From NCBI GenBank assembly GCA_937973945.1, contig CALJIY010000073.1:1-48945 (forward strand): a DNA stretch of 48,945 nucleotides. Direction: 5' to 3'. Under the pieces are notes generated by a model that did not search any database, was not told the origin of the DNA, and saw nothing but the letters and a program-made list of their open reading frames with translations. The stretch is from an uncultured Saprospiraceae bacterium. GTDB lineage: Bacteria > Bacteroidota > Bacteroidia > Chitinophagales > Saprospiraceae. Below, piece by piece: positions 8,774 to 19,100 of this stretch. The position numbers were made by a program, and so were the translations under genes. Position 1 is the stretch's first letter. Every line of letters starts with the position of its first letter.

Positions 8774-10063
8774 ATGATAAAAGATACTTTAATAACTGGT
8801 TTGATTCAAAAAGAATTGCAGCGCCAGAGAGAAGGAATTGAATTAATTGCTTCTGAAAACTTTACTAGTCAAGCCGTTATTGATGCAATGGGCACTTGTT
8901 TAACAAACAAGTATGCGGAAGGATACCCAGGCAAAAGATACTACGGTGGTTGTGAAGTAGTAGATGAAATCGAACAACTAGCGATAGACCGTTTAAAAGA
9001 ATTATTTGGTGCGGAGTATGCCAATGTACAGCCTCACTCTGGTGCACAAGCAAACGCCGCAGTATTCTTGGCATGTTTACAACCGGGAGATGCGATATTA
9101 GGTTTTGACTTAGCGCATGGTGGTCATTTATCCCATGGTTCTCCTGTAAATTTTTCTGGCAAAGTCTATAAGCCGTTTTTTTACGGTGTTGAAAAAGAGA
9201 CAGGGCTGATCGACATGGATAAAGTGGAGCAAAAAGCAATAGAAAACAAGCCTAAATTAATCGTTTGTGGCGCTTCTGCTTACGCAAGAGATTGGGATTA
9301 TGCTAGATTTAGAGCGATTGCGGATAAGGTAGGGGCTTTATTACTAGCAGATATTGCTCACCCAGCAGGTATGATCGCTACTGGTTTATTGAATGATCCA
9401 GTTCCACATTGCCATATTGTAACCTCTACAACGCATAAAACACTTAGAGGACCAAGAGGGGGAATCATTATGATGGGTAAGAATTTTGAAAATCCTTGGG
9501 GTCGAAAAACAAAAAAAGGCAATCCAATCAAAATGTCTGCTATTTTAAATAGTGGCGTTTTCCCTGGTATGCAGGGTGGTCCTTTAGAGCATGTCATTGC
9601 CGCAAAAGCGGTTGCCTTTTACGAAGCATTACAGCCTGAATTCAAAACCTATGGAGAACAGGTAATTAAAAATGCAAAAGTAATGGCTAGCGCATTTATG
9701 AGTAAGGGCTACGAAGTTATTTCAGGCGGCACAGATAATCATTTGATGCTAATTGATCTTCGTTCCAAAAACGTTACAGGTAAAGTAGCAGAAAACACTT
9801 TGGTTCGAGCAGATATTACGGTTAATAAAAATATGGTCCCTTTTGATACACAGTCTCCATTTGTTACTTCAGGTATCAGAGTTGGAACTGCAGCTATCAC
9901 AACAAGAGGGTTTAAAGAGGATGATTGTTTAAGAGTTGTAGATTGGATTGATGCTATATTGAGTGATGTAGAAAACGAACACTTAATTTTAAATACTAAG
10001 AAGGAAATCAACCACTTTATGGAGCAATTTCCACTATATTCAGAGACAGAGGTAGTTGCCTAA
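8774..10063 (+). CDS. glyA: Serine hydroxymethyltransferase
   Basis: Full-length match to the SHMT pattern: [36 protein letters not shown]. The PLP-lysine motif is [14 protein letters not shown]. Confidence 0.97.
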   Translation: MIKDTLITGLIQKELQRQREGIELIASENFTSQAVIDAMGTCLTNKYAEGYPGKRYYGGCEVVDEIEQLAIDRLKELFGAEYANVQPHSGAQANAAVFLACLQPGDAILGFDLAHGGHLSHGSPVNFSGKVYKPFFYGVEKETGLIDMDKVEQKAIENKPKLIVCGASAYARDWDYARFRAIADKVGALLLADIAHPAGMIATGLLNDPVPHCHIVTSTTHKTLRGPRGGIIMMGKNFENPWGRKTKKGNPIKMSAILNSGVFPGMQGGPLEHVIAAKAVAFYEALQPEFKTYGEQVIKNAKVMASAFMSKGYEVISGGTDNHLMLIDLRSKNVTGKVAENTLVRADITVNKNMVPFDTQSPFVTSGIRVGTAAITTRGFKEDDCLRVVDWIDAILSDVENEHLILNTKKEINHFMEQFPLYSETEVVA

Positions 10064-10090
10064 TCTATATTTTAAACATGCTTTAAAAAA

Positions 10091-10119
10091 GCCGCTTCAG
10101 TAATGGAGCGGCTTTTTTT
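10091..10119 (+). terminator. Rho-independent terminator of glyA
   Basis: GCCGCTTC-AGTAAT-GGAGCGGC stem-loop followed by TTTTTTT, 28 nt after the glyA stop. Confidence 0.75.
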
Positions 10120-10163
10120 ATCCCTAGCAGGGAGATAAGGAAGTCTAACTGTGTGTTTCTTTT

Positions 10164-10251
10164 GAACACAGAGGCACAGGGACACAGAGATTTTAGTCTA
10201 ATATTTCTTTACTACAAAAATTAAACTCAGTGCCTCTGTGTCTCCGTGTTC
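10164..10251. repeat. Family A palindrome (copy A2)
   Basis: GAACACAGAGGCACAGGGACACAGAGA, a spacer of about 37 nt, then TCAGTGCCTCTGTGTCTCCGTGTTC. Flanking cTTTT/AAAAg extends the stem. Confidence 0.9.
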
Positions 10252-10416
10252 AAAAGACGCACCTAGCAAACCTCTGTATCTCTTGGTTTGGTATTTGTAT
10301 TATTCAATGTGCGTAACCTCTTTAAGGTTTTTATCGTCTTAACAAAGTATTCTAATTAAGAAGTTGTTTAAGAATACGCTTGTAAATATGCCTAAACAAA
10401 TAAACCTATCCACACC

Positions 10417-11262
10417 ATGAGCATGATATACCTTTCAAAATTAACGATTTTTTTATTCACTCTTTTTTCTGGAATTATCGGGGCGGCAATCGGCTGGTAT
10501 TGGAAAAAACGAAGTGAAGGTACTTGGCAAGAAGATTATAAAGTAATAGAAAAGGAAAATAAAACACTTGCAAAAAAAGCAAAGAAAGCGGATAAAGATA
10601 ATGTTCGTTTAAAAAAGCAGGTAGATAATTGGAAAGAGAAAGCAGAACATGCTGAAGTTCAATACAAAGAAGAAGTAGCCAATGCAAAAGAACAACTAAG
10701 TAGTTTCAAAACAACGGAGAAGCAACAATTAGAACAAATCCGCCAATTAGACTCCGTTAATAAAAATACTAAGAACAGCTTAGAACGGCTAGAAAATGCC
10801 CATATCAAATTAAAGGAAAAGTATAATTTAGATATGGCAGATCTAAAAGAATGGCGCAAGAATAAAGATAAGTTTAATCGAGAAGTAAAGGATATAAAGA
10901 GTCAGCTAAAAGTAGCCAATGAAAAGGTACTCCGATTAACAACGCTCAGTACAAAACAAGCAAAGGAGATCGAAGAAAACAACGCCTTTGTTAGTAAATT
11001 AAGAGGCTTAAAAGCTAGGAATAAGAAATTTGCAGAAGATATTGCTTATTGGGAAAAGAAGCATTTTGATACGCATCATGAATTGGCTGCGCTTAAAATC
11101 AGTTTTGAAGAATTGACCAATAAGCACCAAGCTCTAGAATTACAAAGCCAATCTGTTAATCAAAACAACCAACAGATGTTGCAGAAGGTCCAAGATTTTA
11201 AAACTCGATTCGTGGATGTTCATAATAAATACCATCAATTGTTGGAGGCTAATAAAAACTAA
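10417..11262 (+). CDS. Membrane-anchored coiled-coil protein, function unknown
   Basis: N-terminal TM helix (LTIFLFTLFSGIIGAAIGWYW) followed by about 250 aa rich in K/E/Q/L with heptad character. No enzymatic motif. Confidence 0.5.
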   Translation: MSMIYLSKLTIFLFTLFSGIIGAAIGWYWKKRSEGTWQEDYKVIEKENKTLAKKAKKADKDNVRLKKQVDNWKEKAEHAEVQYKEEVANAKEQLSSFKTTEKQQLEQIRQLDSVNKNTKNSLERLENAHIKLKEKYNLDMADLKEWRKNKDKFNREVKDIKSQLKVANEKVLRLTTLSTKQAKEIEENNAFVSKLRGLKARNKKFAEDIAYWEKKHFDTHHELAALKISFEELTNKHQALELQSQSVNQNNQQMLQKVQDFKTRFVDVHNKYHQLLEANKN

Positions 11263-11295
11263 CGGTAGAGAATTCCTTCGGAATTTTTGAAAGTT

Positions 11296-11355
11296 GAACA
11301 CGGAGTCACAGAGGCACGGGGTTAAAATTATTCTCTGTGCCTCTGTGTCTCCGTG
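11296..11355. repeat. Family A palindrome (copy A3)
   Basis: GAACACGGAGTCACAGAGGCACGGGG, a spacer, then CTCTGTGCCTCTGTGTCTCCGTG. It lies between convergent stops at 11262 and 11389. Confidence 0.9.
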
Positions 11356-11383
11356 CCTGCCTGCGTTCCTTGGAAGGCAGGTT
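11356..11383. repeat. E-motif mini-palindrome (CCTGCC...GGCAGG), second copy
   Basis: CCTGCCTGCGTTCCTTGGAAGGCAGGTT. Its reverse complement matches 3707-3730 at 23 of 24 positions plus a 4-nt indel. It abuts copy A3. Confidence 0.8.
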
Positions 11384-11388
11384 CAATC

Positions 11389-13818
11389 TTATTTATCTCC
11401 TGAACTCAATAAAATCCGCTTAGCCGCTACCCCTTCCACTTTCTCCCTAGAATAAAAGACAGGAAAAAATTGATCCTGTGCCCAAAGCTTAAATAAATTA
11501 TCATAAAACGGATCATCAGGATTGCCTGATTGTCCAGGGCTGTTCGTCCCTAAACATTGATCCCAATCGCCTGTATCTACGATCATTCTGAAAGAAGCAC
11601 CACTGGATTGATTATCGTTTCCACCTGTACTACCTACGGTATATCCATTGCCTCCTCTAGGCATCGGTCCTACATCTAATTTTTTCCTAATATCCGCTTT
11701 CACCGCATTACTCATTGGGTGTTTTAAGTGGATATGTTTATATTTTTCTTGGCCGTATTGCCACTTCGTCATATCCGTTCCGAGCTTTGCGTTTAGACTC
11801 GAAATTGCATCTTCTAAGGCACTTAATAAAAATTGATCCCTTCCTTCTAGCGTGTTTTTGCCAAATTTATTATCAGGCGTTACTAGCCAATCTACCACTC
11901 GTTTTAATTGGATATTGAAGTAAGGTTGCACTTCTTTAGGCACCACTAAACTCGTCATGTTTTTCTTTAATGCATTTTCCCAAGCCACATAAATTCCCGC
12001 CTCTATAGAGTTTTTATCTAGCTGATAATCATTCCAGTTTACTAACATTTCTCTAGCCTTTTCTACTTGGGAATTAGATGCCTGTAAGTACTTCAACAAA
12101 GGAACTAAATTACGCGCAGGAACAGAGTAATAGTCCGTCTGTAAAGCGGCCATATCCATTAAAGAATGTTTCCGCCCTGTGTTCAAAATTTCTGATAAAC
12201 GATTGCCTCGATATGGATCAGACCATTGATAGGCAAGCGTATTCTTGTGCGGATATTTAACGGAGGTAACATTTTCATTAGCGGTGGCAAATATGCCACT
12301 TGGAGGGTTATAGACATTTGGTTTCTCTATAATTGGCAGGTAACTATCCCACTCATATCGTCCATCGCCGGGCACGGGAACCATGCCACTAAAATTAGGT
12401 CGAACAGGAGCAATTCCGACTGCTTGCCAACCTATATTTCCTTCTTTATCTGCCCAGATCATATTCTCTCCCGGGATGTGGCTATAATTACAGGCTGCTC
12501 TAAATTCTTCGAAATTTTTCGCTTGATCCATTCGCAAACTGGCTAAGTATGGAGAACCGCCTACCTCCTGCCAGCCACATCGAATAGCATAAGCAATATT
12601 GTTTTCTGTATCTTCAAAAACGACCGGACCGTGGTGCGTATATTTATAGGTCACCGCTTCTGAAGCTCTTCCCTTTACGGCAATAGTATCTTGTTCTAAG
12701 ATCATATTTTTCCAAACCCCGTTGTATTTATATTGATTCGGATTATCTGGATTCACTTCATATACATACAGGTCTTCTGCATCAGTTCTAAAAACCGTTA
12801 GTCCCCATGCACCATGCTCATTATGCCCAATAGAAATGCCTGGAATCTCTGGCTCGCCCCCACCTATCACGTTCCAGCCAGGCGCTACTAAATGCGCCAT
12901 ATAACGTAGCGATGGTGTAGACTGTGTACGATGCGGATCATTCGCCATCATCGGGTATCCACTATGTGTATGATCTCCTGTGACGACCCAATTATTACTT
13001 CCCCAATATTGCTTTTCTTCTTCCATCATATAGTCGTACGCAGGCTTATCCGCCTCCGCAAGATTTTGATAATCTTTCCAATCATTCGCCGCATCTCCTA
13101 TTAAATCTTGTGGTTGAAATTTTACAGGGCGACGGTAGGCATTGTATAGTCCTAATATATCTTTTAGTAGCCATTCTGGTTTGATCTTTGGGTCTAAGTC
13201 CAAGTTCGGATCATGTGGATGAAACCAATTTAATTCCTTCGTTTTCTCTACCCCCATCAAGGCTACTTGCCGACCAACATTCAATTCCGCACCTATATTT
13301 CCTAACAAGCCCTGGTGTCTAGAAATAACCACTTCAGGCGTCCATTTTTGCGGTTGGATCCCAAGTAGTTTAAATTCTATAGGTAATAGCGATGGGTCTT
13401 TTTCTGTCAATGCAATATAGGCATTCACCCCTTTCACATAAGAGGTGATAATCAATTCCCCTCTTTCATGATAGTAATTCATCTCCTTCTTCATATCTCC
13501 TTTAAATCGGAATAATCGAGTACCTATATCCCTTTTCAATTCTCGTTCGCCTAGTATTTCTGCAACCGTTCCATTGGTTTGCCGCCGCCAAATTTCAAAT
13601 TGAAATAGTCGATCTCTAGCAGCATTAAAGCCTTGGGCAAAAAATAAGTCTGCCTCATTTTGTGCATAGATATGCGGGATGCCCCATTGATCTACAATGA
13701 TTTCGACGGATTCATTAATGCCTGCTATTTGATATTGTTCTTGGTTCGGATCACTGGCTTGTGACCATAAGAAAAGGTGTGTGCATACTAATAGTAGGCT
13801 TAGTAGTGTTGGTTTCAT
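11389..13818 (-). CDS. Penicillin acylase family Ntn hydrolase (possible acyl-homoserine-lactone/beta-lactam acylase)
   Basis: Signal peptide, 809 aa. An internal GSNNWVV motif supplies the N-terminal nucleophile Ser of the beta subunit, typical of the S45 family. Confidence 0.85.
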   Translation of the reverse strand: MKPTLLSLLLVCTHLFLWSQASDPNQEQYQIAGINESVEIIVDQWGIPHIYAQNEADLFFAQGFNAARDRLFQFEIWRRQTNGTVAEILGERELKRDIGTRLFRFKGDMKKEMNYYHERGELIITSYVKGVNAYIALTEKDPSLLPIEFKLLGIQPQKWTPEVVISRHQGLLGNIGAELNVGRQVALMGVEKTKELNWFHPHDPNLDLDPKIKPEWLLKDILGLYNAYRRPVKFQPQDLIGDAANDWKDYQNLAEADKPAYDYMMEEEKQYWGSNNWVVTGDHTHSGYPMMANDPHRTQSTPSLRYMAHLVAPGWNVIGGGEPEIPGISIGHNEHGAWGLTVFRTDAEDLYVYEVNPDNPNQYKYNGVWKNMILEQDTIAVKGRASEAVTYKYTHHGPVVFEDTENNIAYAIRCGWQEVGGSPYLASLRMDQAKNFEEFRAACNYSHIPGENMIWADKEGNIGWQAVGIAPVRPNFSGMVPVPGDGRYEWDSYLPIIEKPNVYNPPSGIFATANENVTSVKYPHKNTLAYQWSDPYRGNRLSEILNTGRKHSLMDMAALQTDYYSVPARNLVPLLKYLQASNSQVEKAREMLVNWNDYQLDKNSIEAGIYVAWENALKKNMTSLVVPKEVQPYFNIQLKRVVDWLVTPDNKFGKNTLEGRDQFLLSALEDAISSLNAKLGTDMTKWQYGQEKYKHIHLKHPMSNAVKADIRKKLDVGPMPRGGNGYTVGSTGGNDNQSSGASFRMIVDTGDWDQCLGTNSPGQSGNPDDPFYDNLFKLWAQDQFFPVFYSREKVEGVAAKRILLSSGDK

Positions 13819-13886
13819 TATGTTTTGTTTTGTTTCTCTAATTTAGTATATCTGACAAAGTAACCGTTTCCACTAATCGTGTGTTT

Positions 13887-13948
13887 TTTACCACGGATTC
13901 ACGGATTAGGTTAACTAAAACGCTTATAATCCGTGAATCCGTGGTAAA
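13887..13948. repeat. Family C palindrome (copy C1)
   Basis: Perfect 22-bp inverted repeat TTTACCACGGATTCACGGATTA / TAATCCGTGAATCCGTGGTAAA with an 18-nt loop. Each arm holds two CACGGATT units. Confidence 0.9.
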
Positions 13949-13987
13949 GAATGTTAACTACTTTTGTAATTAAAACACTTATCAATT

Positions 13988-15088
13988 CTAATGCCGCTTC
14001 CGCTTATTATTCTTATAATCCATAAAGACAAATTCGCCCAAGCCACTCAAGCCACTAAAGAAAGCTTTACCATTATTCGTTTTTGTGAACTGCTCTACAA
14101 AGTTGACCAGATACGGATCTCTAGCAATCATAAAAGTCGTTACAGGAATATCCAATTTACGGCAGCGAGCCGCTAGATTTAGCGTCCGACTAATAATGGT
14201 CCGATCTAATCCAAAGCTATTCTTGTAATATTTTTTTCCTTTTTTAATACAGGTAGGTTTTCCATCCGTAATCATAAATATTTGCTTATTCGGATTTCTA
14301 CGTCGACGTAATAAGTCCATTGCCAATTCCAAACCAGCAACCGTATTGGTATGGTAAGGTCCTACTTCCAGATAAGGCAAATCTTTTACTTCTATAGACC
14401 AAGCATCATTTCCAAAAACGAGAATATCTAAGGTATCTTTTGGATAGCGAGTTGTAATCAATTCCGCTAATGCCATCGCTACTTTCTTGGCAGGAGTAAT
14501 CCGATCTTCTCCGTATAAAATCATGGAGTGAGAAATATCAATCATCAGCACTGTACTCATCTGACTCTGATAGAAAGATTCTTGCACTTCTAAATCATTC
14601 GTTGTTAGTTGAAAGTCTTCTATCCCGTGATTGATTTGCGCATTTTTCAGCGATTCCGAAATGGCTAAATTATCTAAGCTATCCCCAAATTCATAAGGAC
14701 GCAATTCAGCCGTAGTCTCATCTCCACGCCCCGAATATCGAGTGCTATGCTTTCCTCGTTTAGCTTTTTTAAGTTGTCCAAAAATATCTTCTAATGCTTT
14801 CTGGCGCAATTGCACTTCCATTTTTTTAGAAGGTTTAAATTGCCCACCGGTCCCATCTCTTGGATCTTGCTTGATATAGCCTTTTTCAATGAGGTCATCA
14901 ATGAAATTAGCCATCCCATAGTCATCGGTTGTCAATTCGTATTCTCTATCCAATTTGGTCAACCAAGATAGCGCCTCACTGACATCTCCTGATGTGTGAA
15001 TCAATAGTTCTTTAAATAGATTTAATAGCTTATCAAAAGTGGAGCCTTCTTGACTTGGTACGTATTCTGAGAATTGAAAACCGATCAT
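13988..15088 (-). CDS. VWA domain protein, CoxE-like
   Basis: MIDAS motif DISHSM (DxSxS) with downstream ...ITDGKPT. An N-terminal helical region precedes the VWA fold. Length is 366 aa. Confidence 0.8.
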   Translation of the reverse strand: MIGFQFSEYVPSQEGSTFDKLLNLFKELLIHTSGDVSEALSWLTKLDREYELTTDDYGMANFIDDLIEKGYIKQDPRDGTGGQFKPSKKMEVQLRQKALEDIFGQLKKAKRGKHSTRYSGRGDETTAELRPYEFGDSLDNLAISESLKNAQINHGIEDFQLTTNDLEVQESFYQSQMSTVLMIDISHSMILYGEDRITPAKKVAMALAELITTRYPKDTLDILVFGNDAWSIEVKDLPYLEVGPYHTNTVAGLELAMDLLRRRRNPNKQIFMITDGKPTCIKKGKKYYKNSFGLDRTIISRTLNLAARCRKLDIPVTTFMIARDPYLVNFVEQFTKTNNGKAFFSGLSGLGEFVFMDYKNNKRKRH

Positions 15089-15125
15089 AGGGAATGATTT
15101 AATTTGATATATTCAACATATAACA

Positions 15126-15983
15126 CTATCTCAAAGGAATAGTTGCTATCCATTCTTTGATTCTTCTTACTAAAGATACGCTGTTTTTTACCCAATTGAA
15201 ATGATTGAGAGGCTTACCAGCTATCTCTTTTGTTAGTTTATAGGTGGTGGTGGGATTATTGGGGTGAAATTTTTGGTATAAATTTTTAATGGCTGCTTCT
15301 GGAGCCATCCAATCGTCTTCAATTATCGTTGCAAAAACAGGAATACTAGTCTTTTTCAAACTAGATTCGTAATCAAAGTCATCGCCTATTATTTTGAATT
15401 GCCCAGTTCGTCCTAAATAGCTCCAATCTAAAAGGGCAGTCTTGGCTCCTTTTCCTCCAAATCCAACCTTATCACCAGGGAAATAACCGAATAGTCGACT
15501 TAACAGTGGAAATACTTGGATTCCCATGAAGGTTTTCCACTTTTGTCCCCCAGACCATCCTTTATAATAAACAGAACAAGAAGCGACTAGTAGTAAGCCC
15601 TTGACCTTATTGGGATGTTTACTAAGGTATAAGCTCGCCACTTGGCCACCCAAGCTATGTCCTAATATAAAGATGGCTTGCTCGGGAAACTTTTCTTTCA
15701 CCCTAGCTATTACGACCTCTAAATCACTAATCATTTCTTTATAACCAAAATCTACTTTTGAGGAGGGTCGTACAGAAGAAGTTCCTAGTCCTCTCAAGTC
15801 TGATAGAACGCAATTAATTCCATTTTCAGCAAAAACCTTTGCTAAAGGTTGGTAAAATTTTGCCCGTACGCCCATTGCTGGAAGTACTAAGATTACAGGA
15901 GCGTTTGTAGGATCATCAATGGATGTTAAGATGCTTAATTCTACTGTTTCTGTATCTGGTAAAGACACCGTCAACTGTTCCAT
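15126..15983 (-). CDS. Alpha/beta-fold hydrolase
   Basis: Nucleophile elbow GHSLGG and a C-terminal His region (LNHFNW). It ends 37 nt upstream of the VWA gene on the same strand. Confidence 0.8.
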   Translation of the reverse strand: MEQLTVSLPDTETVELSILTSIDDPTNAPVILVLPAMGVRAKFYQPLAKVFAENGINCVLSDLRGLGTSSVRPSSKVDFGYKEMISDLEVVIARVKEKFPEQAIFILGHSLGGQVASLYLSKHPNKVKGLLLVASCSVYYKGWSGGQKWKTFMGIQVFPLLSRLFGYFPGDKVGFGGKGAKTALLDWSYLGRTGQFKIIGDDFDYESSLKKTSIPVFATIIEDDWMAPEAAIKNLYQKFHPNNPTTTYKLTKEIAGKPLNHFNWVKNSVSLVRRIKEWIATIPLR

Positions 15984-16112
15984 AACTAGTTCTTTTTTCC
16001 AAATATAAGATTTGTTTGTGTTTTTAAGGATTGCTTCTTAAAATTCTATTACTTTTTTAAAATCTATTCTCTATATTCACCTGTAATATTAACTCAACGC
16101 AAAATAAACCCA

Positions 16113-19100
16113 ATGAGAAAGTTCGCTTTCCTACTAGTTGCCATCGCCATAACTTGGTCTAGTTGCAATGTATTATTCCCAACCAAAAGAGATATTAAAG
16201 TCCTAGTTTTTTCCAAAACAGAAAGCTTTAGGCATGAATCCATACCAAATGGAATAAAAGCCATTACAGCATTAGGCATAAAGCATGAATTCACCGTTGA
16301 CACCACAGAAGATGCCTCCATTTTTAAAGAAGAAACTTTAAAAAAATACAATGTTGTTGTGTTCTTGCATACAACTGGTGATATTTTAAATGAAGCACAG
16401 CAGTTAGAATTTAATCGCTGGATACAGTCTGGCGGTGGATTTGTAGGCATCCATGCTGCGGCAGATACTGAATATGATTGGCCGTGGTATGGGGAATTAG
16501 TAGGGGCTTATTTTAATGGGCATCCACTAGATCCAAACGTTCGGGATGCGGTGGTTCGGCGAATAGATAAAGAACATGAGTCTTCTGCTATGCTGCCTGA
16601 TGACTGGGCTTGTAAGGACGAATGGTACAACTATAAAAATCTAAACCCGAATGTAACCGTCTTATTGAATCTGGATGAATCGACCTATGAAGGTGGAACC
16701 AATGGCGAAAAACACCCTATCGCTTGGTATCACGAATTTGATGGCGGTCGGTCTTGGTACACTGGATTAGGACATACCGTAGAGAGCTTTGATGACCCCT
16801 TGTATTTGGAGCATTTATGGGGTGGTATCAGCTATGCTGCGGGGGCAGGTGTGCCTGTTGATTACAACAAATCGACGGTTGCACCAGAAGAAAATCGTTT
16901 TGTCAAAGAGGTCTTAGCCGATAATTTATTTGAGCCAACAGAATTAGAATTATTGCCTAACGGCGATCTCTTGTTTACACAAAGAAGAGGGGAGCTAATG
17001 TTATACGAAGCGGATTTAGAAGATACCAGGATTGTTCATAAATTAGATGTGCATACCGGACATGAAGATGGTTTGATGGGGATTGCACTCGATCCTAATT
17101 TCAAAGAAAACAATTGGATTTACTTATATTACTCTCCTGCTGGAGAAGAATCAAAGCAACACCTTTCTCGTTTTGAGTACAAGAATGGGATATTAGATAC
17201 GCTATCAGAGATCGTCGTATTAGAGGTAAAAACCCAGCGGAAGGAATGTTGCCATACTGGTGGATCAATAGAATTTGGCCCTGATGGCTTATTGTTTCTG
17301 TCTACAGGCGATAATACCAATCCTTTTAATTCAGATGGATTTTCGCCTAGTGATGAACAAGCAGATAGAGCACCTTGGGATGCACAAGGTTCTTCTGCCA
17401 ATGCAAATGATTTACGAGGAAAAGTCTTACGAATAAAACCTTTGGCAGATGGAACTTATGAGATTCCAGAAGGAAATTTATTTCCAAAAGGAACGCCTGA
17501 TACTCGCCCAGAAATATATGTAATGGGCTGTAGAAATCCGTATAGAATTGCGATTGATCAACGAACAAAATATTTGTATTGGGGAGATGTTGGCCCCGAT
17601 GCAGGAAAGGATAGTTTGGGCCGCGGTCCAAGAGGATATGACGAAGTGAACCAGGCTAGACAAGCGGGCTTCTTTGGTTGGCCTTATTTTATTGGAAACA
17701 ACTATGCCTACAACAAGTATGATTTTGAAACCAAAAAATCTTCCGATCCGAACAATCCAAAAGCCCCTCAAAATACCTCCCCCAATAACACAGGTATCAA
17801 CACGCTACCTCCTGCACAACCTGCCTACATCTGGTATCCTTATGCGGAGTCTCCTGACTTTCCGTTAGTTGGCGATGGAGGGCGGAACGCTATGGCAGCA
17901 GGAGTTTATTATTATGACGACTACGCCGAAACAGATAAACGATACCCTTCTTATTATAATGGAAAATTATTTACCTATGATTGGATGAGAGGTTGGTTTA
18001 TGGCAGTTACAATGGATGAAGCAGGAGACCTTACAAAGATGGAACGTTTTCTTCCAAGTATGAAATTTAATAATCCAATGGATGTATTATTTAGTCCAGA
18101 TGGAGATATGTATATGCTCGAATACGGGACCTTGTGGTTTGAGCAAAACCCGGATGCTCGATTAGTTCATTTAAAATACATTGCAGGCAATAGAGCGCCT
18201 GCCGCAAAAATAGAAACAGAAGTAATTGCAGGTGCTGCACCTTTATCAATTAACTTTAAAGGAGGGGCATCCAAAGATCCTGATGGCGATGAAATTACTT
18301 TTGAATGGTCTTTCGATTCAGAGGAAGTACAATCTACCGCTGCCGATCCTGTGCATACTTTTGATAAAGCAGGAGAATATGAAGTTAGCCTAACAACTAC
18401 AGATGCCGCAGGAGAAACAGCTACCGTTAAACAAACTATTCTAGTCGGCAATGACGTACCAACGGTTGATTGGAAAGTAGCAGGAAACACTTCTTTTTTC
18501 TCTGATAATCAAGTGGTCAATTATGAAATATTAGTCAAGGATGAAGAAGATGGAAGTATTGGCAATGGCATTGACCCCAACCGTATTAATGTCTCTATTG
18601 ATTATTTAGAAAGAGGAAGCGACATCACAGAAATAGCGCAAGGGCATCAAGCCATGTTGGAAGCCTCTAATTTTTTCTTGGGTAAAAAATTGATGGACAA
18701 TTCAGACTGTGTGACCTGCCATCAATTAGAGAAAAAATCCATTGGCCCTTCTTATAAGGATATTGCATTGAAATACAAAACAGATAAAAAAGCTGTTGAT
18801 TATTTAGCGGGGAGAATTATCAATGGTGGTGGTGGCGTATGGGGCGACCAAGCAATGGCAGCTCACCCACAGTTAACTCAAAATGAATCGAAGCAAATGG
18901 TTCGATATATTCTTTCTTTAGAAGGCTGGCAAGGAGAGAAAAAAGGCTTACCTTATAAAGGGTCTTATGTTTTAAAAGACCATATTGGTAAAGAGGCCGG
19001 TGGGGTGTATATGATGACGGCTTCCTATACCGATAAAGGCGGCAAAGTAATTGGTCCTTTAACAACAAGAAAGATGCTACAACTTCGTTCTCCAAAAATG

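Noticed and set aside
8877-10011. Three antisense ORFs (79-120 aa) inside glyA, plus similar shadow ORFs inside the PBP, acylase, ThuA-fusion, S8, DUF5682 and gldE genes
   Set aside because: All lie fully within strongly supported CDSs on the opposite strand and show no motifs. They are typical shadow ORFs.
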